Positions 37,853 through 45,873 of a DNA stretch of 45,873 nt are shown piece by piece. The notes under the pieces are model-generated. The model worked only from the letters and a program-made list of their open reading frames with translations. It searched no databases and was not told the origin of the DNA. Each line of letters starts with the position of its first letter. Positions within the stretch are counted from its first letter, which is position 1. The position numbers and the translations under genes were made by a program. The stretch is from the NCBI RefSeq assembly GCF_035311605.1, contig NZ_DATGCW010000115.1, positions 1 to 45,873 of the forward strand, written 5' to 3'. The DNA is from Saliniramus sp. (GTDB lineage Bacteria > Pseudomonadota > Alphaproteobacteria > Rhizobiales > Beijerinckiaceae).

Positions 37853-38284
37853 CTACTCGACAATGAACCGGGTGCCGAAATCTCCACCGGGGTCGATTCC
37901 CTCAATCTCGGAGCGGCAGCCGATACCGCTGCGCGAGGCCTGCGCGCGCAGGACCGGCATCTGCCAGGGGCCGCCGCGATCACGCAGGCGCAACATGCCG
38001 AAATTGCATTCGCGCCCCGTGCCGTCACCATACCGAAAGTCCCCGCCCTGGCTGTCGGGGAACGCGGTGGTCAGCCGCCGCGTGACCGTTTCGCCGGATA
38101 CGATTACACGCGGCATCTCCCGGTCGAGCCGCCCCTGGAAACCGGCGCCGGCGCGAAATTCCACCGGCGCGCCGCGGCGGTTCTCGACACTCAGGGTGAT
38201 TTCCTGAGCCTGCGCAGGAATGGCCGCCACTGCAACAGCGGTGGATACAAGCGCCACGGCGAGCCGGCACGAAGCCGGGCTCAA
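37853..38284 (-). CDS. Small secreted beta-rich hypothetical protein
   Basis: TTG start overlaps the DUF2244 stop; signal peptide ending AQA; about 117-aa mature region with 2 Cys. Confidence 0.7.
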   Translation of the reverse strand: MSPASCRLAVALVSTAVAVAAIPAQAQEITLSVENRRGAPVEFRAGAGFQGRLDREMPRVIVSGETVTRRLTTAFPDSQGGDFRYGDGTGRECNFGMLRLRDRGGPWQMPVLRAQASRSGIGCRSEIEGIDPGGDFGTRFIVE

Positions 38285-38817
38285 ACCGGCGCACCCTTCT
38301 TGACCTGCGCAAGCGCTGCCCCGAATTCGCGGGCGAAGCTCTCACGCTCATGCGGGGAGAGATCACGCGCGATCACGACGCGCTCACCCCGCGAGACGAG
38401 GCAGATCTCCTGAAGACCGAATTCGTCGTCCTCGCGTCGGTCGAGCTTCGTCCAGAGAGGATTGAAGCGCTGCTCGAACTGCTCGCCTCGATGGCCGATC
38501 CGGCGCAGCAGCAGATCGATCGGCGTGAGGATGACCTCCTCCATGCGCCTGGCGGAGCGGAAGTTCAAATGGAAGGCGAGAAGCAGAGCCGCGAGATCGA
38601 TTCCGAAAAACCAGGCCACGGGCCAGGCGCCGAGCAGAATGAAGGGAATACTGGAGACGACCGTGGCGATGCAGCACAGGGTGAGCACCAGCCGCGTCGA
38701 GTCGCGATCAAGCGAGCGATGCGGCGTGATCACCGCAGCGAAGACCGGTTCTTCCGGCGCCGTCTGCCCTGCCGGGCGCAGATCGGGGGATACCATGCGC
38801 GCTACCTGTCCGAACAT
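38281..38817 (-). CDS. DUF2244 family membrane protein
   Basis: ITPHRSL, GAWPV..FFG.D and LSP.ERESFA motifs; divergent from nth. Confidence 0.88.
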   Translation of the reverse strand: MFGQVARMVSPDLRPAGQTAPEEPVFAAVITPHRSLDRDSTRLVLTLCCIATVVSSIPFILLGAWPVAWFFGIDLAALLLAFHLNFRSARRMEEVILTPIDLLLRRIGHRGEQFEQRFNPLWTKLDRREDDEFGLQEICLVSRGERVVIARDLSPHERESFAREFGAALAQVKKGAPV

Positions 38818-38879
38818 CTTGCCGCAAACAAGTTACCTATTATAACGCGTTACGGATCAGATTGAAGGGAGGTTGCCGG

Positions 38880-39611
38880 GTGACCCAGGCGAGACGAAAA
38901 GCCGCGCCCGCGCGCGAGACCGGATCAGCCGCCCGAAAAGCCGCATCGCGCGCACCCGCTTCTCCCAGACCGGTGGGACCGAAAACCCGCAAGGAAATCT
39001 TCGCCCGCCTGGCCCAGGCCAATCCTGAGCCGCGTTCGGATCTCGAATACCGCGATCCTTATACGCTGCTCGTCGCCGTGGTGCTCTCGGCCCAGGCGAC
39101 GGATGCCGGCGTCAACAAGGCGACTCGCCGGCTCTTTGCGCTCGCCGATACGCCCGAGGCGATGCTGGCTCTGGGTGAGGATGATGTGCGCGAGCAGATT
39201 CGCACCATCGGCCTGTATCGGGCCAAGGCGAAAAACGTGATCGCATTGTCGCAAATTCTGGTGGAACGTTATGGCGGCGCCGTGCCACCGTCGCGCGCGG
39301 CGCTCGAGGCGCTGCCCGGTGTCGGCAGGAAGACAGCCGCCGTCGTCGTCAATATCGCTTTCGGCGAAGCCACCATTGCGGTCGATACCCATATTTTCCG
39401 CGTGGCCCACAGGATTCCGCTGGCCTATGCCAAAACCGCCGACGCGATGGAGGCGGCGCTGACGCCGATCGTACCCGCCCCCTATCGCCGCCATGCCCAT
39501 CACTGGCTGATCCTTCACGGGCGCTACATCTGCAAGGCGCGCAAACCCGATTGCCCGCGCTGCCCGATCAGCGACCTCTGCCGCTATCCCGACAAGACCC
39601 CGCCGTCCTGA
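38880..39611 (+). CDS. nth: Endonuclease III
   Basis: LSAQATD, HhH LPGVGRKTA, VDTH and Fe-S C-X6-C-X2-C-X5-C motifs. Confidence 0.96.
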   Translation: MTQARRKAAPARETGSAARKAASRAPASPRPVGPKTRKEIFARLAQANPEPRSDLEYRDPYTLLVAVVLSAQATDAGVNKATRRLFALADTPEAMLALGEDDVREQIRTIGLYRAKAKNVIALSQILVERYGGAVPPSRAALEALPGVGRKTAAVVVNIAFGEATIAVDTHIFRVAHRIPLAYAKTADAMEAALTPIVPAPYRRHAHHWLILHGRYICKARKPDCPRCPISDLCRYPDKTPPS

Positions 39612-39626
39612 GCCCGCCCCCGGCGA

Positions 39627-40139
39627 TCACAGCCGATAGCGGATCTGGTCGGTCCAGAAGCGCTCGAGGCGGTTCAGAGCAGTGTTGAGGCGCTCGAAAT
39701 CCTCGTCCGAGATGCCGCCGATCGGCTGGATCGTGCGCGAGTGCTTTTCATAGAGCGAGCGCACCATGTCGTGAATGTCACGCCCCTTATCGGTCAGGCT
39801 GATGCGCACCGAGCGGCGGTCGACCCGCGAGCGGGCATGGTGCAGATAGCCCATCTCGACCAGTTTCTTGACGTTGTAGGAGACGTTCGAGCCGAGATAA
39901 TAGCCGCGCGTGCGCAATTCGCTCGCGGTCAGCTCCTTGTCGCCGATATTGTAGATGAGCAGCGCCTGGACGCTGTTGACATCGTCACGCCCGCGCCGCT
40001 CGAACTCGTCCTTGATCACATCGAGCAGGCGGCGATGCAGGCGCTCGACGAGATGCAGTGCCTCGAGATATTGCGGCTTGATCTCCGTACCTTCCGCCTG
40101 CTCCACCGGATCCTTCAAAGCTTTCGCAAGATTGCTCAT
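39627..40139 (-). CDS. ldtR: MarR-family regulator LdtR
   Basis: VERLHRRLLDVIKDEF...ELRTRGYYLGSNVSYN...ERFWTDQIRYRL. Confidence 0.85.
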   Translation of the reverse strand: MSNLAKALKDPVEQAEGTEIKPQYLEALHLVERLHRRLLDVIKDEFERRGRDDVNSVQALLIYNIGDKELTASELRTRGYYLGSNVSYNVKKLVEMGYLHHARSRVDRRSVRISLTDKGRDIHDMVRSLYEKHSRTIQPIGGISDEDFERLNTALNRLERFWTDQIRYRL

Positions 40140-40451
40140 AACGCGCCTCACTGTTGTTGATGCCAGGCCATCGAGCCCGATCTGTTTCTGAGACGAACAT
40201 AAGTTTCCCGGATGAAAACGAGTTTAAATAACAGGATGAATTTCAAGTTTACCTATTGTCGTGAATCAAATTTAAATACGAAACCATCAGCGATTTCTCA
40301 AGCTGGGCCAGTGCTCACAAGATATGTATTTGATTAACCTTTCCCGATTGGTAACTTCCATACTGGAGAAAGATTTACGATGGGGAACACGCAGGGCGCG
40401 AACGCCCCTCCCGGCACAGGCCGTGACCCGTCTGGAGAGCCTGGATCCGGG

Positions 40452-40844
40452 TCAGATGAAGCGCGTCAGAACGTAGCCGCTGGCCAGAATATGCGCGAGC
40501 GTGATCGCCACTGATCCGCCATGGAGCCAGGCGAAACGGCGCATGGCGCCGGCATCGCGCGCATTGTTGATCGCCGGCATGAGGTTTTGCCGCGTGGGTA
40601 TGGTGCTGAGCGCGACCAGCGCCATCACCGAGGCGCTCAACCCGTCGACGGGCACCAGCAGCAATGCTGCGAGCCCCGATACGACTATGACGAACAGGTA
40701 GAAATACGGGAAAGCCTGGCGGATCAGGGCACCCGCCGTCTCCGCCGGCAAGGCCTTGAAGACGAAGGCAGCGAAACCGAACGAATAGAGCACCATGCCT
40801 CCGAACAGAAGCGCGACGACGATCAGGGCTGCCACCGAAATCAA
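40452..40844 (-). CDS. DUF4149-like membrane protein
   Basis: 4 TMs; GGM..YSFGFA, FP.FY and LMPAIN.ARD..F..LH motifs; TTG start after GGGGAG. Confidence 0.75.
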   Translation of the reverse strand: MISVAALIVVALLFGGMVLYSFGFAAFVFKALPAETAGALIRQAFPYFYLFVIVVSGLAALLLVPVDGLSASVMALVALSTIPTRQNLMPAINNARDAGAMRRFAWLHGGSVAITLAHILASGYVLTRFI

Positions 40845-40954
40845 TGCTTTTCTCCCCGCCACAGCGCGGATTTTGCGCGCCGCTTTCAACCCGTGACATA
40901 GAGCAGGCCAATGGAAGTTTGGCGATGGCGCGGCGGTTCAAATCGCCGCAGCCT

Positions 40955-41767
40955 TCAACGGCGTCGCAACAGGCTGCGCAGGCGCGGGCGCGCATAAATC
41001 AGGAAAATCACCGCCAGCACGGCGGCCAGTCCGTACCAGGTGAACGCGTATTGCAGATGGTTGTTGGGCGGATCGAGCACGGTGGCCCCAGCGCGCGGCC
41101 AGTCCGGCGCTGTCGGATCGAATTCGGCATCGACATAGAACGGCGCGACTCCGGCGAGACCACGCGCATCGGCCATCTGCGCAATATCGCGCACCATCCA
41201 GCGCTCATCCTGCGGGATGTTCTCGGGCACGAACAGCCCCCGCTCCTCCGGTGCGCGCACGAGGCCGGTGAGGCGGACCTCCCCTTCCGGCGGCCGCGCG
41301 GGGCGGGCAGCAGGATCACGCATGGAGGTTGGTACGAAGCCGCGATTGACGAAGATCCGCGCACCCTCTGCGATTTCGAGCGGGGTCAGCAGATAGAAGC
41401 CCTGCACGGGATTGCCACGGGTGCTTGTGGGCATCAGCCCGTGAACGGCCACCTCTTCCCCATGGAGGAAGCGCCCGGTCACGGCAACCCGGCGATATTC
41501 CTGCTCCTGCGGATCGTAATCGGCCCATTGCTCCGGCGGCAGGATTGCGCCCGGCTCGTCATAGGCGCGCGCCTGCATCTGTGCGATCAACCCTTCCTTC
41601 CAGGCGAGGCGCTCCATCTGCCAGTTGCCGAGACTGATCAGGATGACGAGCGATATCAGGGTGGCGATTGCGCCTGCGATCAGCGCGCGGTTCGACGGGC
41701 CGGGGCGTGGCGCGCCCTCAGACTCTTCCGGGGATGCGACCTGCTGATCAGGCATCGGCGTGTTCAC
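40955..41767 (-). CDS. SURF1 family cytochrome oxidase biogenesis protein
   Basis: LGNWQMERLAWK, VNRGFVP and NNHLQYAFTWY motifs. Start is GTG 41767 or ATG 41755. Confidence 0.92.
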   Translation of the reverse strand: MNTPMPDQQVASPEESEGAPRPGPSNRALIAGAIATLISLVILISLGNWQMERLAWKEGLIAQMQARAYDEPGAILPPEQWADYDPQEQEYRRVAVTGRFLHGEEVAVHGLMPTSTRGNPVQGFYLLTPLEIAEGARIFVNRGFVPTSMRDPAARPARPPEGEVRLTGLVRAPEERGLFVPENIPQDERWMVRDIAQMADARGLAGVAPFYVDAEFDPTAPDWPRAGATVLDPPNNHLQYAFTWYGLAAVLAVIFLIYARPRLRSLLRRR

Positions 41768-42138
41768 TTCTCCCGGCGCCCTTCCTCGGCGCGGTGGTGG
41801 TATTGCAGGGCAATCATCACCCCCTTCAGCGGGCGCGCGAGCGCGAGCGCCAGCGCGATGGTCAGCGAGAACCACATGACCAGGTGCAGCCAGATCGGCG
41901 GCATGAAGGTAAATTCGACCCACATGGCGAGCCCCACCACGACAAAGCCGACGATGAACATGATGAACACGGCCGGCCCGTCAGCCGAATCGGCGAAATC
42001 GTAATCAAGCGCGCATTGCTCGCATGTCTTCTGAAGAGCGAGGAACCCGTCGAACATGTGCCCCTCGCCACAGCGCGGACACCGCCCGCGCAGCCCAGCT
42101 GCGACGGGGGACGGTTCGTTTCCCGGTTGATACGCCAT
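41764..42138 (-). CDS. DUF983 family protein
   Basis: RCPRCGEG..F.GFL...C..C.LD...DS.DGPA and RPLKG motifs. Confidence 0.9.
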   Translation of the reverse strand: MAYQPGNEPSPVAAGLRGRCPRCGEGHMFDGFLALQKTCEQCALDYDFADSADGPAVFIMFIVGFVVVGLAMWVEFTFMPPIWLHLVMWFSLTIALALALARPLKGVMIALQYHHRAEEGRREK

Positions 42139-42198
42139 GATTGATCCTTGATGCGTCCTGAATATGTAACGACGCAGTCCCTGCATGCGCCTCAAGCG

Positions 42199-42222
42199 AA
42201 AAGGGCGACCCGAAGGCCGCCC
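42199..42222 (-). terminator. Rho-independent terminator after cox subunit III
   Basis: GGGCGGCC-TTCG-GGTCGCCC-TTTT on the minus strand. Confidence 0.85.
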
Positions 42223-42265
42223 CTGATGTAGTGCGCCGGTGGCGCCGTGTCATCCCGGGGTGCGC

Positions 42266-43108
42266 TCAACCGCCATAGCCCCAGACATAGATCGAGGCGA
42301 AGAGGAAGATCCAGACCACGTCGACGAAGTGCCAGTACCAAGCGGCGAACTCGAAGCCGAGATGCTGCTTTGGCGTGAAATGGCCCAGATAGACCCGCCA
42401 GAGGCAGACGGCGAGGAAGATCGTCCCGATGATGACATGCGCGCCATGGAAGCCTGTCGACATGAAAAACGTCGCGCCGTAGATGTGGCCCGAGAAGCCG
42501 AAATAGGCGCTGATGTACTCGTAGACCTGTACGCAGCTGAAGGCCACGCCGAGCAGAACGGTCAGCCACAACCCCCACTTCACGGACTGCCGGTCGTTCT
42601 CGATCATCGCGTGGTGCGCCCAGGTCACCGTGGTGCCCGACGTCAGCAGAATCAGCGTTCCGAAGAGCGGCAGATGCCAGGGGTTGAAGGTCTTGATCCC
42701 TTCCGGCGGCCAGACGCCCCCCGTGAGCTCGGCGCGCTGGAACTGGATCGCATCGGCGGGGAAAAGCGCAACGTCGAAATAGGCCCAGAACCAGGCCACG
42801 AAGAACATCACTTCCGAGGCGATGAACATGATCATCCCGTAGCGATGGTGCAGCTGCACCACGCGGGTGTGATCCCCTGCCTGCGCTTCCTTGACGACAT
42901 CCACCCACCAGGCAGCCATGGTGTAGAGCACACCGATGATACCAAGCCCGAAGACGAGACCGCCGATCTGGAGACCGGCAATCGGCATGTCGCGGATGAA
43001 GGCGATGAAGCCGACGGCGAGAATCAGCGCGCTGACCGACCCGATGAAAGGCCAGGGGCTGGGATCGACGAGGTGGTAATCGTGTTTCTTGGCGTGGGCG
43101 TCGGCCAT
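42266..43108 (-). CDS. ctaE: Cytochrome c oxidase subunit III
   Basis: HDYHLVDPSPWP, SEVMFF, TGFHGAHV and WYWHFVDVVW motifs. Confidence 0.96.
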   Translation of the reverse strand: MADAHAKKHDYHLVDPSPWPFIGSVSALILAVGFIAFIRDMPIAGLQIGGLVFGLGIIGVLYTMAAWWVDVVKEAQAGDHTRVVQLHHRYGMIMFIASEVMFFVAWFWAYFDVALFPADAIQFQRAELTGGVWPPEGIKTFNPWHLPLFGTLILLTSGTTVTWAHHAMIENDRQSVKWGLWLTVLLGVAFSCVQVYEYISAYFGFSGHIYGATFFMSTGFHGAHVIIGTIFLAVCLWRVYLGHFTPKQHLGFEFAAWYWHFVDVVWIFLFASIYVWGYGG

Positions 43109-43255
43109 TTTCTTGTCTCCGGTGCCTTATCCGCATTCCCTCGGATATCTAACGGCGTTTTCCAACTCTGGGAAGAAAAAATCAAGTCACGAGAAGCGCA
43201 AGTCCGATTTTCCCGCCCGTTATCCCGTTCCGTTTCACGACGCGCAAGCGCCGGA

Positions 43256-43846
43256 TCAACGGGTGTTGTCGAGGGCGGAGGTCGTGATCGGATCACCGCC
43301 CGCCGCCGGCCAATAGGTATAGGACAGCGTGATCGTGCGCATGCTCTCGAAGTCCGAATCCTCGACGATCGCGGGATCGACGTAGAAGACGACGGCCGAA
43401 TCCATTACCTCACCCGCCTGCAGGGTATTTTCCTCAAAGCAGAAACATTGCAGCTTGACGAAATACTGCGCCGCTTTTTCGGGCGAGACGTTGAAGGTGG
43501 CCATACCGTCAACAGGTTGCGCCGCCATATTGGCGACGCGGTAGAACACGGTCTCGGTCTGGCCTATCTGCGTCTGGACGACAGACCGTTCGGCGTCGAA
43601 TTCCCAGGGAAGCGCGCGCGCCACATTCGAATCGAAACGCACCCGCACAGTCTCTTCCAGCACCGTCCCGGCATCGGCGGTACCGACCATCGGCGTGCCT
43701 CCGAAACCGGTCACGCGGCAGAACAGGTCATAGAGCGGCACCGAAGCGTAGGCCAGCCCGACCATGCCGAACACGACGCCCAGGCAGGTGACCACCGTCT
43801 TGCGCATTGCCTGTTTCTGCGCGGGGCTGTGATTATGCTGTGTCAT
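43256..43846 (-). CDS. ctaG: Cytochrome c oxidase Cu assembly protein Cox11/CtaG
   Basis: VPLYDLFCRVTGFGGT and YFVKLQCFCF motifs. Confidence 0.95.
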   Translation of the reverse strand: MTQHNHSPAQKQAMRKTVVTCLGVVFGMVGLAYASVPLYDLFCRVTGFGGTPMVGTADAGTVLEETVRVRFDSNVARALPWEFDAERSVVQTQIGQTETVFYRVANMAAQPVDGMATFNVSPEKAAQYFVKLQCFCFEENTLQAGEVMDSAVVFYVDPAIVEDSDFESMRTITLSYTYWPAAGGDPITTSALDNTR

Positions 43847-43866
43847 GACATCCCTGTACGAACATT

Positions 43867-43895
43867 GTCCGAGCGTGCCTCGTCCGAGCGTGCCT
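43867..43895. repeat. 15-bp tandem duplication, intergenic
   Basis: GTCCGAGCGTGCCTC GTCCGAGCGTGCCT. Confidence 0.85.
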
Positions 43896-43906
43896 GCGGC
43901 GGTCGA

Positions 43907-44146
43907 TCACATCGGCCGATCGAGAACACCGGGACCGAGTTTGGCGATGGTGACGACATAGAACAAGGCGACCAGAAGCCCCAGCGTCACCGCGAGCGCG
44001 ATGGAACGTGAGCGGCGACGCCGACGGTCGATATCCGTCAAGCCCTGCGCGACACGATCGGGTGCCTCGGGCTTGTTTGCGCCGTGTTTATTCGCTGCAG
44101 CGTGAATATCGCGACCCTCATCCGGCTTGTGTTCAGCTTCTACCAT
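43907..44146 (-). CDS. Small CoxF-like membrane protein of the cox operon
   Basis: RRRRRSRSIALAVTLG.LV.LFYVVTI.KLGP.VL.RP; lies between ctaB and ctaG. Confidence 0.75.
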   Translation of the reverse strand: MVEAEHKPDEGRDIHAAANKHGANKPEAPDRVAQGLTDIDRRRRRSRSIALAVTLGLLVALFYVVTIAKLGPGVLDRPM

Positions 44147-44148
44147 AT

Positions 44149-45132
44149 TCAGCCTCCCGCCACCGGCATCATCAGCCCGAAGCCGTGCTCGGCGATCAGC
44201 ACCGCGAACAAGCCGAACAGATAGAAGATCGAGAATCCGAAAAGCGACCAGCATGCTTTTGCCGCCGCGTCACCGTCGCGCCGACGATAGACGCGCGCTG
44301 CCAGCAGCAGCATCCATGCGCCAGACGCTACGGAAACGCCCAGATACAGCATCCCGCCGAAACCGGTCAGCGCGGGCAGCACACCGACCGGTGCGAGCAG
44401 AAGCGTGTAGAGCAGGATCTGCCGGCGGGTTTCATCAGGGCCACGCACATTGGGAAGCATCGGAACACCGGCGCGGGCGTAATCACCCGATTTCACCAGA
44501 GCCAGCGCCCAGAAATGCGGCGGTGTCCAGATGAAGATGATGGCGAAGAGGATGACCGTGTCGAGTGTCACCGACCCGGTCACGGCCGCCTGTCCGATCA
44601 TCGGGGGAAAGGCCCCCGCCGCACCGCCGATGACGATGTTCTGCGGTGTCCAGCGCTTCAGCCACATCGAATAGATCACGGCGTAGAAAAAGATGGTGAA
44701 TGCCAGGAGCCCGGCAGCCAGCCAGTTCGCCACCAGCCCGAGGAACAGGACCGAGCCAACCGAGAGAGTCATCCCGAAAGCCAGAGCCTCGGAAGGCGAT
44801 ATTCGGCCAGCGGGAATTGGTCGCTTGGCGGTACGCGACATGACCGCGTCAATATCGGCATCATACCACATGTTGAGGCAGCCGGAAGCGCCCGCACCGA
44901 CCGCGATCGCCAGCAGAGCCGCGAAGGCGAGCACCGGATGGATCGCGCCCTGCGCCACGACCATACCCGTCAGTGCGGTGAAGACGACAAGCGACATCAC
45001 CCGGGGCTTCAGCAGCGCGAGGAAGTCGCGTGCATCACCGCTGGAGACGACGACCGTCTCGTAACCCTCACCTCCATAGCGGCTTTGCGCATGCGGTGCT
45101 GCGGATTGAATCGGATTCATCATGCCAGTCAT
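44149..45132 (-). CDS. ctaB: Protoheme IX farnesyltransferase (heme O synthase)
   Basis: [23 protein letters not shown] and WTPPHFWAL motifs; start uncertain (45132, 45123 or 45120). Confidence 0.95.
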   Translation of the reverse strand: MTGMMNPIQSAAPHAQSRYGGEGYETVVVSSGDARDFLALLKPRVMSLVVFTALTGMVVAQGAIHPVLAFAALLAIAVGAGASGCLNMWYDADIDAVMSRTAKRPIPAGRISPSEALAFGMTLSVGSVLFLGLVANWLAAGLLAFTIFFYAVIYSMWLKRWTPQNIVIGGAAGAFPPMIGQAAVTGSVTLDTVILFAIIFIWTPPHFWALALVKSGDYARAGVPMLPNVRGPDETRRQILLYTLLLAPVGVLPALTGFGGMLYLGVSVASGAWMLLLAARVYRRRDGDAAAKACWSLFGFSIFYLFGLFAVLIAEHGFGLMMPVAGG

Positions 45133-45281
45133 ACGCTTGCTCGGCCCGACCTGTCGAATGCACAAATCAGAACGGGTACACCCGTTCATAAGACAATGTC
45201 TCGCCCCGGGGCGAGACCGTCACGGAGCTTCGGCTCCTTCTCCCGCCCGCCCCGCGCGACGCGGTATCCGGGCGGGCGGCA

Positions 45282-45311
45282 GAAAGAGCCGGGCGGGACT
45301 TTCCCGCCCGG
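45282..45311 (-). terminator. Hairpin after cox subunit I
   Basis: Stem CCGGGCGGGA / TCCCGCCCGG, followed on the minus strand by CTCTTTC. Confidence 0.6.
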
Positions 45312-45319
45312 TGTCATGA

Positions 45320-45873
45320 TCAGTGTTTCGCTTCCGCAATCTTCGGCAGTTCGTTGAACTGGTGGAAGGGCGGCGGGGAGGACAGGGTCCATTCCAGTGT
45401 GGTCGCACCCTCGCCCCACGGATTGTCGCCGGCCACGACCTTGTCGCGGAAGGCGATATAGACGCCGTAGAGGAAGACGAAGATGCCGACGGCGAAGATG
45501 TAGGATCCCATTGAGGCGACGAGATTCCAGCCCGCAAAGGCATCCGGATAATCCGCATAGCGGCGCGGCATTCCCGCAAGACCGAGGAAGTGCATCGGGA
45601 AGAACAGGATGTTCGAGCCGATGAAGGCGATCCAGAAGTGCAGCTTCCCGATCCATTCCGGCATCATGTAGCCAGACATCTTGGGGAACCAGTAATACAT
45701 GCCCGCGAAGATGATGAACACGGCACCGAGCGAGAGTACGTAGTGGAAATGCGCCACCACGTAATAGGTGTCGTGCATGTAGCGGTCGATACCGGCATTG
45801 GCGAGAACCACACCCGTCACGCCACCGACGGTGAACAGGAAGATGAAGCCCACCGCCCAGTACATCGGCGCGG
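45320..45873 (-). CDS. ctaD: Cytochrome c oxidase subunit I, C-terminal part (partial)
   Basis: [23 protein letters not shown] and GMPRRY.DYP motifs. Confidence 0.97.
   Translation of the reverse strand, partial: APMYWAVGFIFLFTVGGVTGVVLANAGIDRYMHDTYYVVAHFHYVLSLGAVFIIFAGMYYWFPKMSGYMMPEWIGKLHFWIAFIGSNILFFPMHFLGLAGMPRRYADYPDAFAGWNLVASMGSYIFAVGIFVFLYGVYIAFRDKVVAGDNPWGEGATTLEWTLSSPPPFHQFNELPKIAEAKH

Overview
High-GC chromosomal segment from an alphaproteobacterium, probably Hyphomicrobiales/Rhizobiales (inferred from LdtR, DUF1491, DUF1285, the aa3 cox operon layout, a RIME-like palindrome, and CtrA and EcfG motifs). The right half (about 25.4-45.9 kb) is mostly core genes: ada/ogt, cca, Nudix, proA, large NAD-GDH, nth, ldtR, SURF1 and the ctaD-ctaB-coxF-ctaG-ctaE cytochrome c oxidase operon. 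The left half is accessory or metabolic. It holds aromatic amino-acid catabolism (divergent kynureninase-like gene, TDO, PhhA, no formamidase), a coiled-coil gene with a perfect CtrA box, cls, and a GC-chimeric orphan membrane gene. It also holds a TPP-riboswitch-controlled ThiXYZ-type ABC transporter with a 52-codon uORF, a decaying hybrid kinase / TadG-like / EAL module split by a RIME-like element, and a hydroxybutyrate-type gabD/GntP/Fe-ADH group with PhaR-like boxes. The best candidate for an undescribed system is a MocR-regulated cysE-like/cysK-like/MFS/LysE cassette, probably for making and exporting a beta-substituted alanine; its synthase carries an in-frame internal deletion. No rRNA, tRNA, CRISPR array, IS or prophage was recognised. 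All calls come from motif recognition by eye; no database searches were run.
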